A stretch of DNA of 64,000 bases from Scyliorhinus canicula (GCF_902713615.1 NC_052149.1:99579121-99643120); one strand, 5' to 3'. Positions 1 through 12,735 are shown, numbered from the stretch's first letter. Notes: generated by a model from the sequence alone, not told the origin. Numbers and translations: made by a program.

Positions 1-63
1 GAAGGGTAGATAGAAACCAGAGGCCACAGCCTAAAAATTAGAACCTCACTTTTCAAGACAAAA

Positions 64-385
64 GGGCAGCACGGTAGCACAAGTGGATAGCACTGTGGCT
101 TCACAGCGCCAGGGTCCCAGGTTCGATTCCCTGCTGGGTCACTGTCTGTGTGGAGTCTGCACGTTCTCCCTGTGTTTACGTGAGTTTCCTCCGGGTGCTC
201 CGGTTTCCTCCCACAGTTCAAAGATGTGCAGATTAGGTGGATTGGCCATTATAAATTGCCCTTGGTGACAAAAATAAAGGTTCGGAGGGGTTATTGGGTT
301 ATGGGGATAGGGTGGAAGTGAGGGCTTAAATGGGTCCGTGCAGCCTCGATGGGCTGAATGGCCTCCTTCTGCACTGCATGTTCTA
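64..385 (+). mobile_element. HE1-type tRNA-derived V-SINE with CR1/HER1-like tail
   Basis: A-box-like head and B box GGTTCGATTCC, V-domain CTCCGGTTTCCTCCCACAG, tail GAATGGCCTCCTTCTGCACTG. Sits within a decayed CR1 3' region. Confidence 0.9.
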
Positions 386-2662
386 AATCTAAATCACAAA
401 AAGTTAGCAAACTCTTCTGCAGGCAAAAGGTGTTAAGTATTTGAAGCCCTTGATGCAGGGTTAACTGCTCAATTTAAATCTGAGCTTGATGGATTTGTGT
501 TAAGCAAAGATATTAAGGGATATGGAGTTAGGCATGTTGTATTGAATGAGAGTTAAATAGTCTAATCCTGCTCCTGCGTTCTCCTGGGTGAAAACGTACC
601 GATGTCAGTCACAGAGGATGTAATTTGTGATTTTGGTTGAAGTTGTTCTGGTACCTTGAAAAGTGCAGAAACCCGAATAGAATATTTCAAGAGGCAGACA
701 GGAAAGATTGGCATTGATTTGACAAGGCACCCAGCATGTTCAAAATTTTGAGAAACGAGAGGTAGTTTACAGTAGTACAGGAAAGGTTTTTTTTTCAGCA
801 AAATGGTGAAAGGAAGCAGGACATTATCTGAAACAAGGAAATCATTTTTATTGACAGCGCGCATGAGAGCCAAAAAGGAAGCTGGGTGGTTAGCAGCTTA
901 GTTTAGCAAGAAGCCAGTCACACGGACAAGATGAGCTAGGAGACAGAACAAGAAAATGGACGGGAGAAAAACTAGAGAAACATTAATTCAGGCTAAGGGT
1001 AGGAGGATACATGGGGAAATCTTGGCTTGATGGAAAAGGAAGCAGTAGAAACTGCTGAATGGATGATCTCAATTTTGGTGAAAAAAGTTCATGACTCTTC
1101 ACATCTGCTGTTGGTGAGGGTGGAGGAGACAGAAAGAATTAGTTCCAAGAGATGTGGATAAAAATAGCCAAAGTTATATTTCCCCTCTTTCCTTTATTCT
1201 TTATTTAAAGGATAATTCTGAACTGGTTTGGAATCATTGAGGAGAATAAGTCTCTTGTGATTCATGATTTTGGTATGATTGCTTCAAAATTGTGGCGGGG
1301 CAGAAAGTTGAATAAAAAGTTTCAAAACAGGCATGGATTTGGTATGGAGAAGGGCTGGAGAAAAAAAGGGAAATGGTTTACAATAACACAGGATTAACCA
1401 CCCTGTTTCTTTTAGTGGAACGGACATGACAAATCTGAAAGTGAGTAGGACACAATCTGAGAAGAGGGAACCACTTGCAGTGTCAAATAGGAAGTTGGGT
1501 GGTCAGCAGTTGTCCAACTGGAACTGGTGATGATAAATGACTCACTGGGCACCGGTCTGGAACCTATGGATGTGCGAATCATGCCAAGGGGAACAATCAG
1601 AAGTGTTACAAATAGCTAGCGCATAGTAATATTTTAGAGGTAACTTTAAGTTCTGGGAAGATTGAAGCTTAGCTGTAGAAAATGAAATAAACGCAACTAA
1701 AGCAGTTTGAAGAATATTACACTTAAAAGGTTTGGGGCATGTTGACTATGGGGTTAACAGCAAAATCATAAAACAGCAGGTGGGCTTGCTTAGCTGGAGA
1801 ATTGGAGACAAAGATTCTGAATTGCTTACAGAGAAATGCAACCCAGAGGATTGATTTGTTTTAAAGAGTTAAAGCCTTAAACGTATTCCGTGAGCATTCA
1901 GAGGCTTGTTCCTGGAAAGTAAAACGTTTGAGGCCCCTCGTGAGGGAGACCATGTTTCAACAAGATTGGTTGACTCGGTCTTCACTGACATTGGGTGGAT
2001 TTCTGAAAAATCCATGGAACCATGTTGGTTAGTTTTGAATGCTACTCATTCCAAAAACTCTACTACATTATGGAGAACAAAACTGCTGCATTTGATAGAA
2101 TCAATGCGGTAGACATAGGAAAGGGCCTTACTGACCACCTAGGCATTAACATAATGTTGACCCAAATGCCTGAAAATCATCCGCTGTTCTTCTCTGCCAT
2201 CATTGTTGTGAATGAGTCACATTAGTGAAACAGCAGCTGGCTTCTTTTCTTTGCTGACAACCACCTATGAATTGTTTAAATCTTCCAGTACGGACCAAAT
2301 GGGCAAATATCTGAGCAGTGTCCATCTCATTGCTACTGCAATCAATATATAAAGCAGCACTTTTTTTTTCTGGAAAAGCTGCACCCAGATTAAGGAATTT
2401 TATAATTATGGAAAATAGGATGAAAGAAACAAACAGACATGCTTTTCACAATCTCAGGGAATCCCAAAATAATTTACAGCCACTTAAGTACTTTTATTTG
2501 TGAGTCATTGTAGGGAAGCAGAAACAGCTTGTGTCATTTTAACACAATGCTTCTATTATTTTCTGGCTTAGGGACAAGTTTATATGGATTCCAGTGCATG
2601 GCAAAAGACTTATTCGGTGAATTTCTCAAAAAATGCAACAATAAGATTCAACACAACAACAG

Positions 2663-2959
2663 GGGCGGGATTCTCTAATCCTGCGGCAGAGTGCCCACAC
2701 CGTCGTAAACACGAACCTTACATTGGGGTGAACGGGCCAACCCGGGACTTGCCGTTTTCACGACGGCCGCACCGCCCATCCCGGACCGAGAATCGGCGGG
2801 CCGGCCGTGCAGAGCAGCCTCCCGACCGGCACCGCCAACCACTCCAGCGCCAATACCGCCGATTCTCCGCAGAGCATGCCGCCGTCGAGGCAGCGTGGAG
2901 TGATGCGCGCCGGTCGCAGGGATTCTCCAGCCCGGCGTCGAGCTGAGCGAATCCCACCC
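2663..2959. mobile_element. GC-rich non-autonomous DNA transposon (PIF/Harbinger-type MITE)
   Basis: Terminal inverted repeats GGGCGGGATTC / GAATCCCACCC. 3-bp TSD CAG at 2660-2662 and 2960-2962. CpG-rich interior. Confidence 0.75.
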
Positions 2960-3106
2960 CAGATTTCTGCCATTTTATGATTTTAAGTGCGAAACAATAG
3001 AAGTTCAAGTCCATAAAGAAAATAATTAATCAAGCTGCTACAGATTATCAGGAGTGGAAGTGTGCAGATACCAGGAAAGAAAATACTCAAATCAAAAATC
3101 ATCAAC

Positions 3107-3414
3107 ACACGGTGGTTAGCATCAATGCTTCACAGCTCCAGGGTCCCAGGTTCGATTCCCGGCTGGGTCACTGTCTGTGCGGAGTCTGCTCGTTCTCCCC
3201 GTGTGTGCGTGGGTTTCCTCCGGGTGCTCCGGTTTCCTCCCACAGTCCAAAGATGTGCGGGTTAGGTGGATTGGCCATGCTAAATTGCCCGTAGTGTAAG
3301 GTTAATGGGGGGATTGTTGGGTTACGTGGGTTTAAGTAGGGTGATCATTGCTCGGCACAACATCGAGGGCCGAAGGGCCTGTTCTGTGCTGTACTGTTCT
3401 ATGTTCTATGTTCT
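3107..3414 (+). mobile_element. HE1-type SINE with (TTCTATG)n tail
   Basis: Same body as 64-385, ends GTTCTATGTTCTATGTTCTA. Confidence 0.9.
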
Positions 3415-4499
3415 AAATCATTGATCATCAATTGTCTGCGACTTTATATTGTACATATAAATATCGGTTTACTATCAGGAACACTAATCAAATCCTCACT
3501 GTTTGGAAAACAGTACCTGCAATTTTCTTATTTGCACATAAATAAAAATGTAATATGTTCTGAAAGATTTTTAGTCCAACTACATTAATCTAGAATGAAA
3601 ATAGTCCTTGCACACATCAGATAACAACTTTAACTTACAAAGAATGACCACAGCAAATTTCAACACATTTTCCTCCCACTTCCTATGTGAGGGTAAATAG
3701 GTGCTAAACATATGGTTTCATGTTACATTATCCAAAACCCTTCATGTGTCAGTACTCCAATATGCTACAATGAACTTGTATAAGTTGTATTGTATTGTTT
3801 GTCTACACCTCCATCAATCTACTTATAATATTCATTTGATGGGAAATTCTAACGGCTAGTTTCTATTTTTGTTATTGTGTCTGTAAACAATATGATTGAA
3901 AATGAAGATCAACTGCCAAATGAGCATCATTAACACAATTAACAAAGATGCAGTGTGGAGTGAAAAGGAAAACTGGTAAATGAAGGAGCAATAGGGGGTA
4001 TTACGTTAAACAGCCCCATTATGAAGCCACCTGTTCAGTTACAAATCATAGATCTTCATAGGCTGAATTGAGCACCAAAGTGGATCTGGAGAATAAGCAG
4101 GGAATTTAAAAGGCTATTGGTAGCAGAGACTATTCACACTGGTGAATAATATCCTGGAACGTTAATACTCAATCAAATCTTCACCCGATAAAATAACTTT
4201 TGGCACCTTTAACATAGTAAATGTGCCAAGGTACTCCAGAAGTATTATGCAAAGGCACACGCGGGCACGAGACTACACCCAAGTGAGACGTAGACTAATG
4301 AGGAATTGGCAATTTAGTTCAGGTGGGAATATGGGCAGAGGGGCAAAATGCTCCTTTTTTTCAATCTCCAGTGGTTGGTGAGTTTCCTTTTTTGTCTCCA
4401 AGCTAGGTGAATGCAATTTTCTCTGTGTAAATTATTAACTAGCTGACTACTTAAATAAACATGGTTGGATGGAAATGGCAGGGTTAGTAGCGTGCCTTG

Positions 4500-6840
4500 A
4501 CTGAAACATTCGGGAACCTGTGATATGCACAGCAATCCAGAACAGCCATAACTGCAAAAAGTGTCCCAACTGAGGCAACTTTGGCTTCAAGTTGCTGAAC
4601 TGGAATCGGAGTTGCGGACACTGTGGGGCATCAGAGAGGGTGAGTGATACCTGAACACTTGGTTCCAGAAGGCCGTCATTCCCTTTAGGTTAGGGAGAAC
4701 TTAAGAGTTGGTCAGCGAACAGGGGCAAGAGAGTATTTTTACGAGTGATGAAGTTAAGGAGAACGAGCATGTAGTGATGGAGGAGCCTCAGCCTTTGACC
4801 TTGTCCAAAAGGTATGAGATGCTTGTCACTGTGTGGCTGAGAAAATCTGCACGGTGGATGAGCAGACTGACCATGGCAACATGGTAAAAGATACCATTCA
4901 AGTAGGAGGAGTGAAAAGGAATAAGATAGTGACAGAGGATAGTGATAGTCAGGGGGATAGATACCCTCTCAAACAGAGAATCCAGAGAGTACAGAGTGTC
5001 CAGATGGCTGTGTTGTCTACCTGGTGAGAGAGTTAAGGGCATCTACCCTCGTCTAGGAAGGAACTTGCAGTGGTAGGCAGGGGATCCAGTGGTCATGGTC
5101 GATGTAGGTACCAACAACATAAATACAACTAGAAAAACGATTCTATATTAGGGAGAATGAGCAGGTTGGGGCTGTTATTATTCAGCCACAAAAAAATTGT
5201 TGTATGGTAAATAAGATTAGAGAAATTAATACATGGTTCAAAGTCTACACATGGTAGAAATTGCTTTCAATTCATAGGGTACTGGCACCAGTACTGGGGT
5301 GGGAGCTGTGCTGTTAGCACAGTCTACACCAAATCAATGCTGAGACCACTGTTCTAGCGAATCAGTAGAGTGTAAACTAAATAGTTGGGGGGGGGAAGGA
5401 ATCGTGTGAAAGGAGATATAGCAAAGGGAAACAAAGTAATTGCACGGAGCACATGTTGGGTACTAAGTTCCAAGGTGTGATAGGAGGGGGCAGGACATAC
5501 AATCATATGAGTGCACCAGCAGATGAAGTCAAATGGCTATTAAAAAAATAAGGTCTGGTATCTAAATATGTGCAGCATTTGCAACAAAAGGGATCAATTG
5601 TTAACACACGTGGAGATAAATGTGTATGACCTGATTGGCAATAGAGACATGGTTGAAAGGTGACCAAGGGTAGGACCTCAACGTAGAACGGTATTTGACA
5701 TATTGGAACAGGAAGCTACGAAATGTGGCAGGGTAGCTGTTATTTGAGTATGGCATTAGTTAAATACAGAAGCAGCTTGAAAGAGTAAGATTTGAGTAGA
5801 GATAAGCAATAGGAACGGTAAGGGATCACTCGTGGGAGTAGGTTATATTCCTTCCAAGAGTAGAGCGTGTAAGGTTCCGACGGTAACACTGCAATAACTA
5901 GAAAACAAATCTTAACTTCAACTTCAAGTTGAAGGGTAGCACAGTGGTTAGCACTGTGGCTTCACAGCACCAGGGTCCCAGTTCGATTCCCAGCTGGGTC
6001 ACTGTCTGTGCGGAGTCTGCACGTTCTCCCCGTGACTGCGTGGATTTCCTCCAGGTGCTCCGGTTTCCACCCACTAGTCCCGAAAGACTGTTTTGTAATT
6101 TGGACATTCTGAATTCTCCATCTGTGTACCCAAACAGGGGCCGGAATGTGGCCAATAGGAGTTTGTCACAGTAACCTCATTGCAATATAAGCCATCTTGT
6201 GACAATAAAAGTTATTAATTATTAAAATGTTATTGTGCCCAACAACAAATTTGCCATCAAGACATCAGTGTCACCTGTATCCCTTTTATATGTGTGTGCA
6301 GCCTATCAAACAATAAGTGTGGTCGATTAACCAATTACATTTCCAATCCTAATTTCAGCACTGGGGAACATTAACTCTTTCCTAACAGAGCATACATAAA
6401 AAATGGGAAGCACAAGAAAAGTACCATGATAATCATGGGTGACTTTAATCTACATGTAGATTGGGAAAAATCAGATTGACAAAGGGAGCATGACTTTTGG
6501 GACAAATCTGTGATTCTTAGTGTAGGATGTTCTAGAGCCAACCAGGGGGCAGGGTATCAGATATGTGGTAATGTGCAGCGAGTCAGGATTAATCACATCT
6601 AAGTGACAGCAATCATGATAGAATTTCATGTTCAGTTGGAAATGGAGAAGTATGGATCCATGACGAATATGTTCCATTTAAATAAAGGTATCCAGAATAT
6701 GAAGGCAGAGTTGGCTCTGGTGAACTGGGAAAAGGTAACACAGTAGAGTTGCAATGGCAGACTATATTTAATAATACGCAGAAAAGATGTATCCTAGTCG
6801 CAAGAAAGGCCTTTTGAGAAGGATGGTTCCCCTTGTCGGG
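4500..6840 (+). mobile_element. Decayed CR1 LINE (ORF1 esterase and endonuclease region), interrupted by a SINE
   Basis: Remnants GATCCAGTGGTCATGGTCGATGTAGGTACCAACAACATA and ATCATGGGTGACTTTAATCTACATGTAGATTGGG resemble the better-preserved copy at 23.4-25 kb. Confidence 0.7.
5934..6222 (+). mobile_element. V-SINE variant with alternative 3' tail (..TCACAGTAAC..GTGACAATAAA(TTA)n)
   Basis: HE1-like head and V domain, followed by a tail shared with the copies at 11211, 46301 and 61162. Confidence 0.85.
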
Positions 6841-8223
6841 AAGATTGCAGGTTTTGCTAAAGGGTGTCTGAAAGGAAGAAAATGAGGCAGGATATGGGAA
6901 GAGGAGTTATGATGAGGATTTCAGAGCTTAGGGTCCAGAGCAGCTGAAGGTACAGCCAATGTTAGAGCAATTAAAATTGGGCAAAGTTAGAGGAACATGA
7001 GTATCTCAGAGGGTTTTGGGATTACAGGTGAGCACAGAAAGAAGGGGGAGGGGGGCACGCATGGGGCATATGATAACCAGGATGGCAACTTTATCAAAAT
7101 TATGCTTTAACCAGATGCCAACAAAGGTCAGAAGGTACAGGGGTGAGAAGTGAACAGCTCTTGGTACAAGTTAAGACTCAGGCAGTCATGTTTTGGGCAA
7201 CCTAAACTTTACACAGGGTAGAACATGGAATGCTGGCCAGGGGTATGCTATAAGTGTTAAGTCTAGAGGCAAGATGAAGATTTCAGCAACAAATGAGATA
7301 GGGAGGAATCAAGCGATGTCATGGAGGCAGAATTATGCATTTTGATGATATAGTTGAAAGCTCATCTCATGCTCAAATAGGCACTGATGTTGAGAACATT
7401 CTGGTTCAGCCTGGACTGTAACCAGGAAGAATGAGGGAATTGGTGGCTGGGAGTTATGGCAGAGAGCAAAGACAATAGTTTACAGCTAGAGAATATCCTA
7501 TGAACAAAATCAGCCAACTCAACTCTATTGTAAATTGGCCAATGTGAGTTCATGACATATGGTTCACTAATGCCCTTTAGTGAAGGACATCTGCAATCCT
7601 TGCAAGATCTGGTCTTAATGACTCCAGAGCCACCAGGAATGTGGTTGATTCTTAAATCCCTCCGAAACGGCCGGGCAAGCCACTCAGTTCAAGGGCAATT
7701 AAGGATAGGCAATAAATACAGGCCCAGCCTGCGACGCCCAAATCCCATGAATTATTTTTTTAAATTATTATTACTGAGGTGGGCACAGTACAACTGTCCA
7801 CTTAGCGTTCATATCAAGCATACAACATCCCAGTGTCAGCCCCTACGATAAAGGTCATAAATGGCCTATATGATAGCATTATATCAACCGTAGAACTCAC
7901 AGCTTGAATCATTTCAATCTTATTTTAAGAATACATCAATCAAGCTGCATGATTCTGAAGCAATATAATGGCATTGAGGGAGCAAAGTATTTTCTCAGAA
8001 GCCCGGTCTCTTTAGAAATTCAAGAATTGCTGATGGGGCCTGTGTAGAATTTTGAAAGTAGTCATTTTGGTCATCCTAATGGACACCATTATATGGGCAG
8101 GTTCCTATCAGTATTCACTACCTGGACATGGACCTGAACCCAAGTGTATTAGAATCAAATTTGATCTCTCGGATCTGCATGGTCAGTTACACTGTAGCTT
8201 TGCCAACTGAGCCACAACTAGAA

Positions 8224-8542
8224 GGGGTGCCACAGTGGCTAGCATTGCTGTCGCAGAGCACCAGGGACCCAGGTACAATTCTGACCTTCGGTGACTGTGT
8301 GGAGTTTGCACATTTACCCCATGTCTGATGGAGTTCCACTGGGTATTCCGGTTTCGTCCCACAGTCCAAAGATGTGCAGGTTAGGTGGATTGGCTGCACT
8401 AAATTGCTCCCTAGTGTCCAAAGGTTAGGCGGGATTACGGGGATGGGGCAGGGCAGTGGGCCAAATTAGGGTGTTCCTTTGGATGGCCTTTGCAGATTCG
8501 ATGGACCAAATCGCAGCCTCCTACACTGTAGGGATTCAATGT
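8224..8542 (+). mobile_element. HE1-type SINE, diverged
   Basis: V domain plus GATGTGCAGGTTAGGTGGATTGG and a CR1-like tail. Confidence 0.85.
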
Positions 8543-9005
8543 ACCCAAATTATAATTGGCATCACCCATCCAGCACAGCAGTGACGTGATTGGCTGTTGC
8601 GGGAAAGATTTGCATCAGGTGGTCAGTGCTTCCAGAAAGTGGGCCTCAGAAAGATACGCTCCATGTTCGAGGTAAGGCAAGCATCCAGCAGAGTGGCGAT
8701 GCTGCTTGGCTGTTGCGGAGATTTGCATCAAGCAGTCAGTGCTTCCAGAAAGTGGTTTGTGGAGGAGCTGTTGTCACGGGTCAGTTACACCTGAAACAGT
8801 ACTTCAGTGTTTTCCTCCCTCCCTCCTCCTCAAACCAAAACAAAAGACGAGTCACTGTGAGGACCACAACCAAGAGAAAGAAAAAGGGAGGGAGGGAGAG
8901 GGGTGCGCTATTGGAAAATTTGCAGCAGAGTGCTTGAGTGGTGAGGCTTTGGCTTGAGGCTCTTTGGCAAGTGGTGTCTCAGCAGAGTACAGGTAATCTC
9001 AGGTC

Positions 9006-9120
9006 AAAGCTTTGACAAAGAGTCATCCAGACTCGAAACGTTAGCTCCCTTTTCTCTCCACAAATGCTGTCAGACCTGCTGAGATTGTCCAGTATTTTCT
9101 ATTTCATTCCAGCATCCGCT
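9006..9120 (+). mobile_element. Penelope-like element pLTR fragment with hammerhead-like motif
   Basis: AGCT-TTGACAA-A-GAGTC-ATCCA-GACTC-GAAA-CGTTA-GCT followed by ..GCTGTCAGACCTGCTGAG.. Homologous to 28361-28500 and 63505-63630. Confidence 0.75.
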
Positions 9121-9139
9121 TTTATAATTGATTATTCCT

Positions 9140-11015
9140 GTCTTGCACAAAATTAAAACTGGAAAGGTGCCTAATCCATGATTTAAAAGGGAAATTAGAG
9201 ATAGTATTCAATCCAAGGAATAAGCAGACAAACTGGCTAAGAAAAACAACAGGCCTGAGGATTGGGAGCAGTTTACAATTCAGCAAACAAGGGCCAAGGG
9301 ATTGATAAAGAAGGGGAAAATAAGAGTACGAGAGTAAGCTTGCAGGGAACATAAATACTGACTGTAAAACTTTCGATAGGTTCCTGAAGAGAAAAAAAAT
9401 TGGTGAAGGCAGTACAGTTAGGAATAGGGGAATTTAGAATGGGGATAAAGAAACCGCTGAGCAACTAAATATATACTTCCCATCACTAATGAGGACACAA
9501 ATAAGATACTAGAAATGTTGGGAGAAATGCGGGATTTAGTGAGGAGGAGGAACTGAAGGAGGAACTGAAGGAGATCAAGATTAGTAGAGAAATGGTGTTG
9601 GGGAAATTGATGGGATTGAAGGCTGATAAATCCCCAGGGCCTGATAATCTACAGCCAAGGGTACTTAAGGAAGTGGCTCTAGAAATAGTGGATGCATCAG
9701 TGGTCATCTTCCAGGATTCTATAGACTCCGGAACAGTTCCTACAGATTGGAGGGTAACTAATGTGATTCCACTATTTAAAAAGGGAGGTAGAGAGAAAAC
9801 AGGGAATTAAAGACCAATAAGCCTGATATCGGTAGTGGAGAAAATTCTAGAATCCATTAACGAAGGTGTTATAACAGAGCACTTGAAAAACAATGGCAGA
9901 ATCGGACAGTCAGCATGGATTTACGAAGGGAAAATCGTACTTGACAAATCTACTGGAATTCTTCGAGGATTAACTATTAGATTTAATGAAAAGGAGCCAG
10001 TGGATGTGGTTTATTTAGACTTTCAGAAGGCTTTTGACAAAGTCTCACATAAGAGTTTAGTGTGTAAAATTAAAGCACATGGGATTAGGAATAATGTATT
10101 GAGATGCATAGAACACTGATTGGCAGACAGGAAATAAAGGGTAGGAATTAACGGGTCTTAAATTGGCAGGCAGTGAGTTGTGGGGTGCCACTAGGACCCC
10201 AGCTATTCACAATATATATTAATGATTTATATGAGGGAATAAAACGTAAAATCTCCAAGTTTGCAGATGACACAAAGTTGGGTGGGAGGGTGAGCTGTGA
10301 AGAGGTTGCAGAGATCCTTCAGTGTGATTTGGACAAGTTGAGTGAGTGGGTAAATGAATGGTAGGTGCAGTGTAATTTGTATAAATGAGAAATTATCCAT
10401 TTCTGGCAGCAAAAACAAGACGGCAGACTATTATCTGAATAGCCATAAATTCGGAGTGGAATGTGCAGTGTGACCTTGGTATCCTCGCACACGAGTCACT
10501 GAAGGTAAGCATGCAGGTACAGCAGGTGGTAAAGAAGGCAAATGGTATGCTGGCCTTCATTGCGAGGAGGTTAGAGTACAGGAGTAGGGATGTCTTGCTG
10601 CAATTATACAGGCCTTGGTGAGGTCACACCTGGAATAGTGTGTGTAGTTTTGGTCTCCGTATCTGAGGAAGGATGTTCTTGCTATAGAGGGAGTGGAGCA
10701 AAGGTTTACCAGACTGATTCCTGGGATGGCAGGACAGAGTACGAGGAGAGATCGAGTTGACTAGGGTTGTACTTGCTGGTGTTCAGAAGAGTTGGGAGGG
10801 GGGGGGGGGGGGGAACAAAACATTGTATGTTTTCAAGAAGCAGTCAGATATAGCACTTGGGGTGAACGGGATCAATGGATGTGGGGGGGGGGGGGGGGGG
10901 GGGAAAGAAGAGGAGGAGATGGAATTTGGCTACTGAGTTGGATGATCAGCCATGATCATAATGGATGGCAGAGCAGGCTCGAAAGGCCAAATGGCTTTCC
11001 CCTCCTCCTGTTTTG
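9140..11015 (+). mobile_element. CR1 (HER1-like) LINE ORF2/RT and 3' end, degenerate
   Basis: ORF fragments KSPGPD, VDVVYLDFQKAFDKV, SKFADDTKLGG, followed by the CR1 3' UTR. Confidence 0.92.
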
Positions 11016-11210
11016 ATATCGGCTATCAGAAACAACAGTTTTAAGTCCTTTCGAAACAGAAAAAAAAATTTGGGTGTTTCACAGAGGCAAAAAAGAAGTG
11101 TTGAGCAAACAAAGTGACCAAATGCTTGGCAAGAGGTGGGTTTTAAGGAAAGTTTTAAAGGGAGAGAGCAAGGTAGATGGGCAAAGGAGCTGAGACACCA
11201 TGTTCCAGGC

Positions 11211-11501
11211 AATAACAATAATAACCTTCGTTGTCACAAATAGGCTTACATTAACACTGCAATGAAGTTACTGTGAAAAGCCCCTAATTGCCATCTGTTC
11301 GGGCCCACAGAGGGAAAATTCAGAATGTGCAAGTTACCAAACAGCACAGCTTTCGGGACTTGTGGGAGGAAACCGGAACACCCAGAGGAGACCCACGCAG
11401 ACAGAGGGAGAACGTGCAGAGAGTGACCCAAGCCGGGTATCAAACCTGGGACCCTGGCTCTGTGAAGCAACAGTGCTAACTACTGTACTACTGGGCTGCC
11501 C
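11211..11501 (-). mobile_element. V-SINE variant with alternative tail, inserted in an L2-like fragment
   Basis: Reverse complement of the 5934 family. Confidence 0.85.
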
Positions 11502-12119
11502 TTGGGCTTAAGAAACCGCAGGCCTGAGCACAAAAAGACAACCCAAGGGAGGGAATTATGCACAAGAGGCCAGAGTAATAGAACATCAAGATGATCATAA
11601 TTTGGGTCCGAGTGGTGGCATGGAGAGATTTTTAGAATGTTTAAATTTGAAGAAGTGAGGGATCATGAACCAACATGTATCAGAGAGAACAAGGGTGAGG
11701 GGTGAAAGGCATTTATGAGATAGCATGCTATCAGGCAAATTACAGTTTGGAAAGTCGGTCAGAAGAAGATTTAAACAGTCAAATCCATTTGTGGCAAAAA
11801 CATGGATGTGGGTTTAATAGCAGATGAATGATGAGCTATGGACAATGCTATGGAACTAGAAGTCTTTGTGACCCAGAGGATGTAGGGTCAAAAGTCCAAC
11901 TCAAATTGAATAAAATACTGGGGATGCAAAGAAGCATTCTGCTACATTTAATAAATATTTGACAATCCTACGCATACAACTCCCTTGAATATCTTTGCCA
12001 AGTAACTAACCTTCAAAATTGGCTTCAAACAAATGGTCTTTCACCTGGAACTACGAATGCAATCTCTGTCAAATGCCAAAGTGTTACAGTCTGGAAGCTA
12101 TCACTGAGTTAGAAATGGT

Positions 12120-12735
12120 CAACATATTTACATTGCATCTTTTGTGCAATGAAATGTCTCAAGGTGTCCACAAGTGTATTATAAAACAACTAGGGCACTG
12201 AGTCACATAAGGGAGAGGTTAGGTCAGATTACCAGAAACTAACTTTTTTAACCAAGCTTGAAAGAGCATCTTAAAGGAAGAAAGTGAGACAGAGGGAGGG
12301 TACTGCAGAACTTAGGGCCTTGACAACTGAAGGCACAGCCACCAAGGATTGAGCAACTAAAACTGGAGATTCTCAAGAGGCCTAAATTAGTGGAACACAG
12401 ATATTTCTGACAGTTATGGGGCTGAAGGAGATCAGAGTTAGGGAGGGGCAAGGCCTTGGTGGGATTTGAAGAGGAGCTCAATTTGGAGCCAATGTAGTTC
12501 AGAGAACAAAGAGGTGATAGGGGAATGGGGCTTGTTGGGATTCAAGTCACAGCTGCAGAGTTTTGAATTACTTCAAATTTATGGAGGATAAAATCGGAGA
12601 TCCTGACCAAGAACGTATTAAAATAATCTAACTTGTGAATTAACAAAACATGGATGAGGGTTTCAGCAGGTGGGCTGACACAGGGGCACGGTCAGATGAT
12701 GAAATCAAACGTGACATCAAGGATGTGAACTAAGT
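12120..12735 (-). mobile_element. L2-clade LINE 3' fragment
   Basis: Minus ORF ..LLRISSFSCSILGGCAFSCQGPKF.. resembles the L2 C-terminal GGRAFS.GPKLWN motif. Similar pieces at about 6850-7500, 11050-11900, 29370-29840 and 30270-30500. Confidence 0.65.

Noticed and set aside
64-140. tRNA genes at SINE heads
   Set aside because: The A/B-box regions continue into SINE bodies and lack a full cloverleaf.
83-268. Recurrent short ORFs of the type GPRFDSRLGHCLCGVCTFSP (also 3112, 22234, 62662)
   Set aside because: Translations of SINE copies, not genes.
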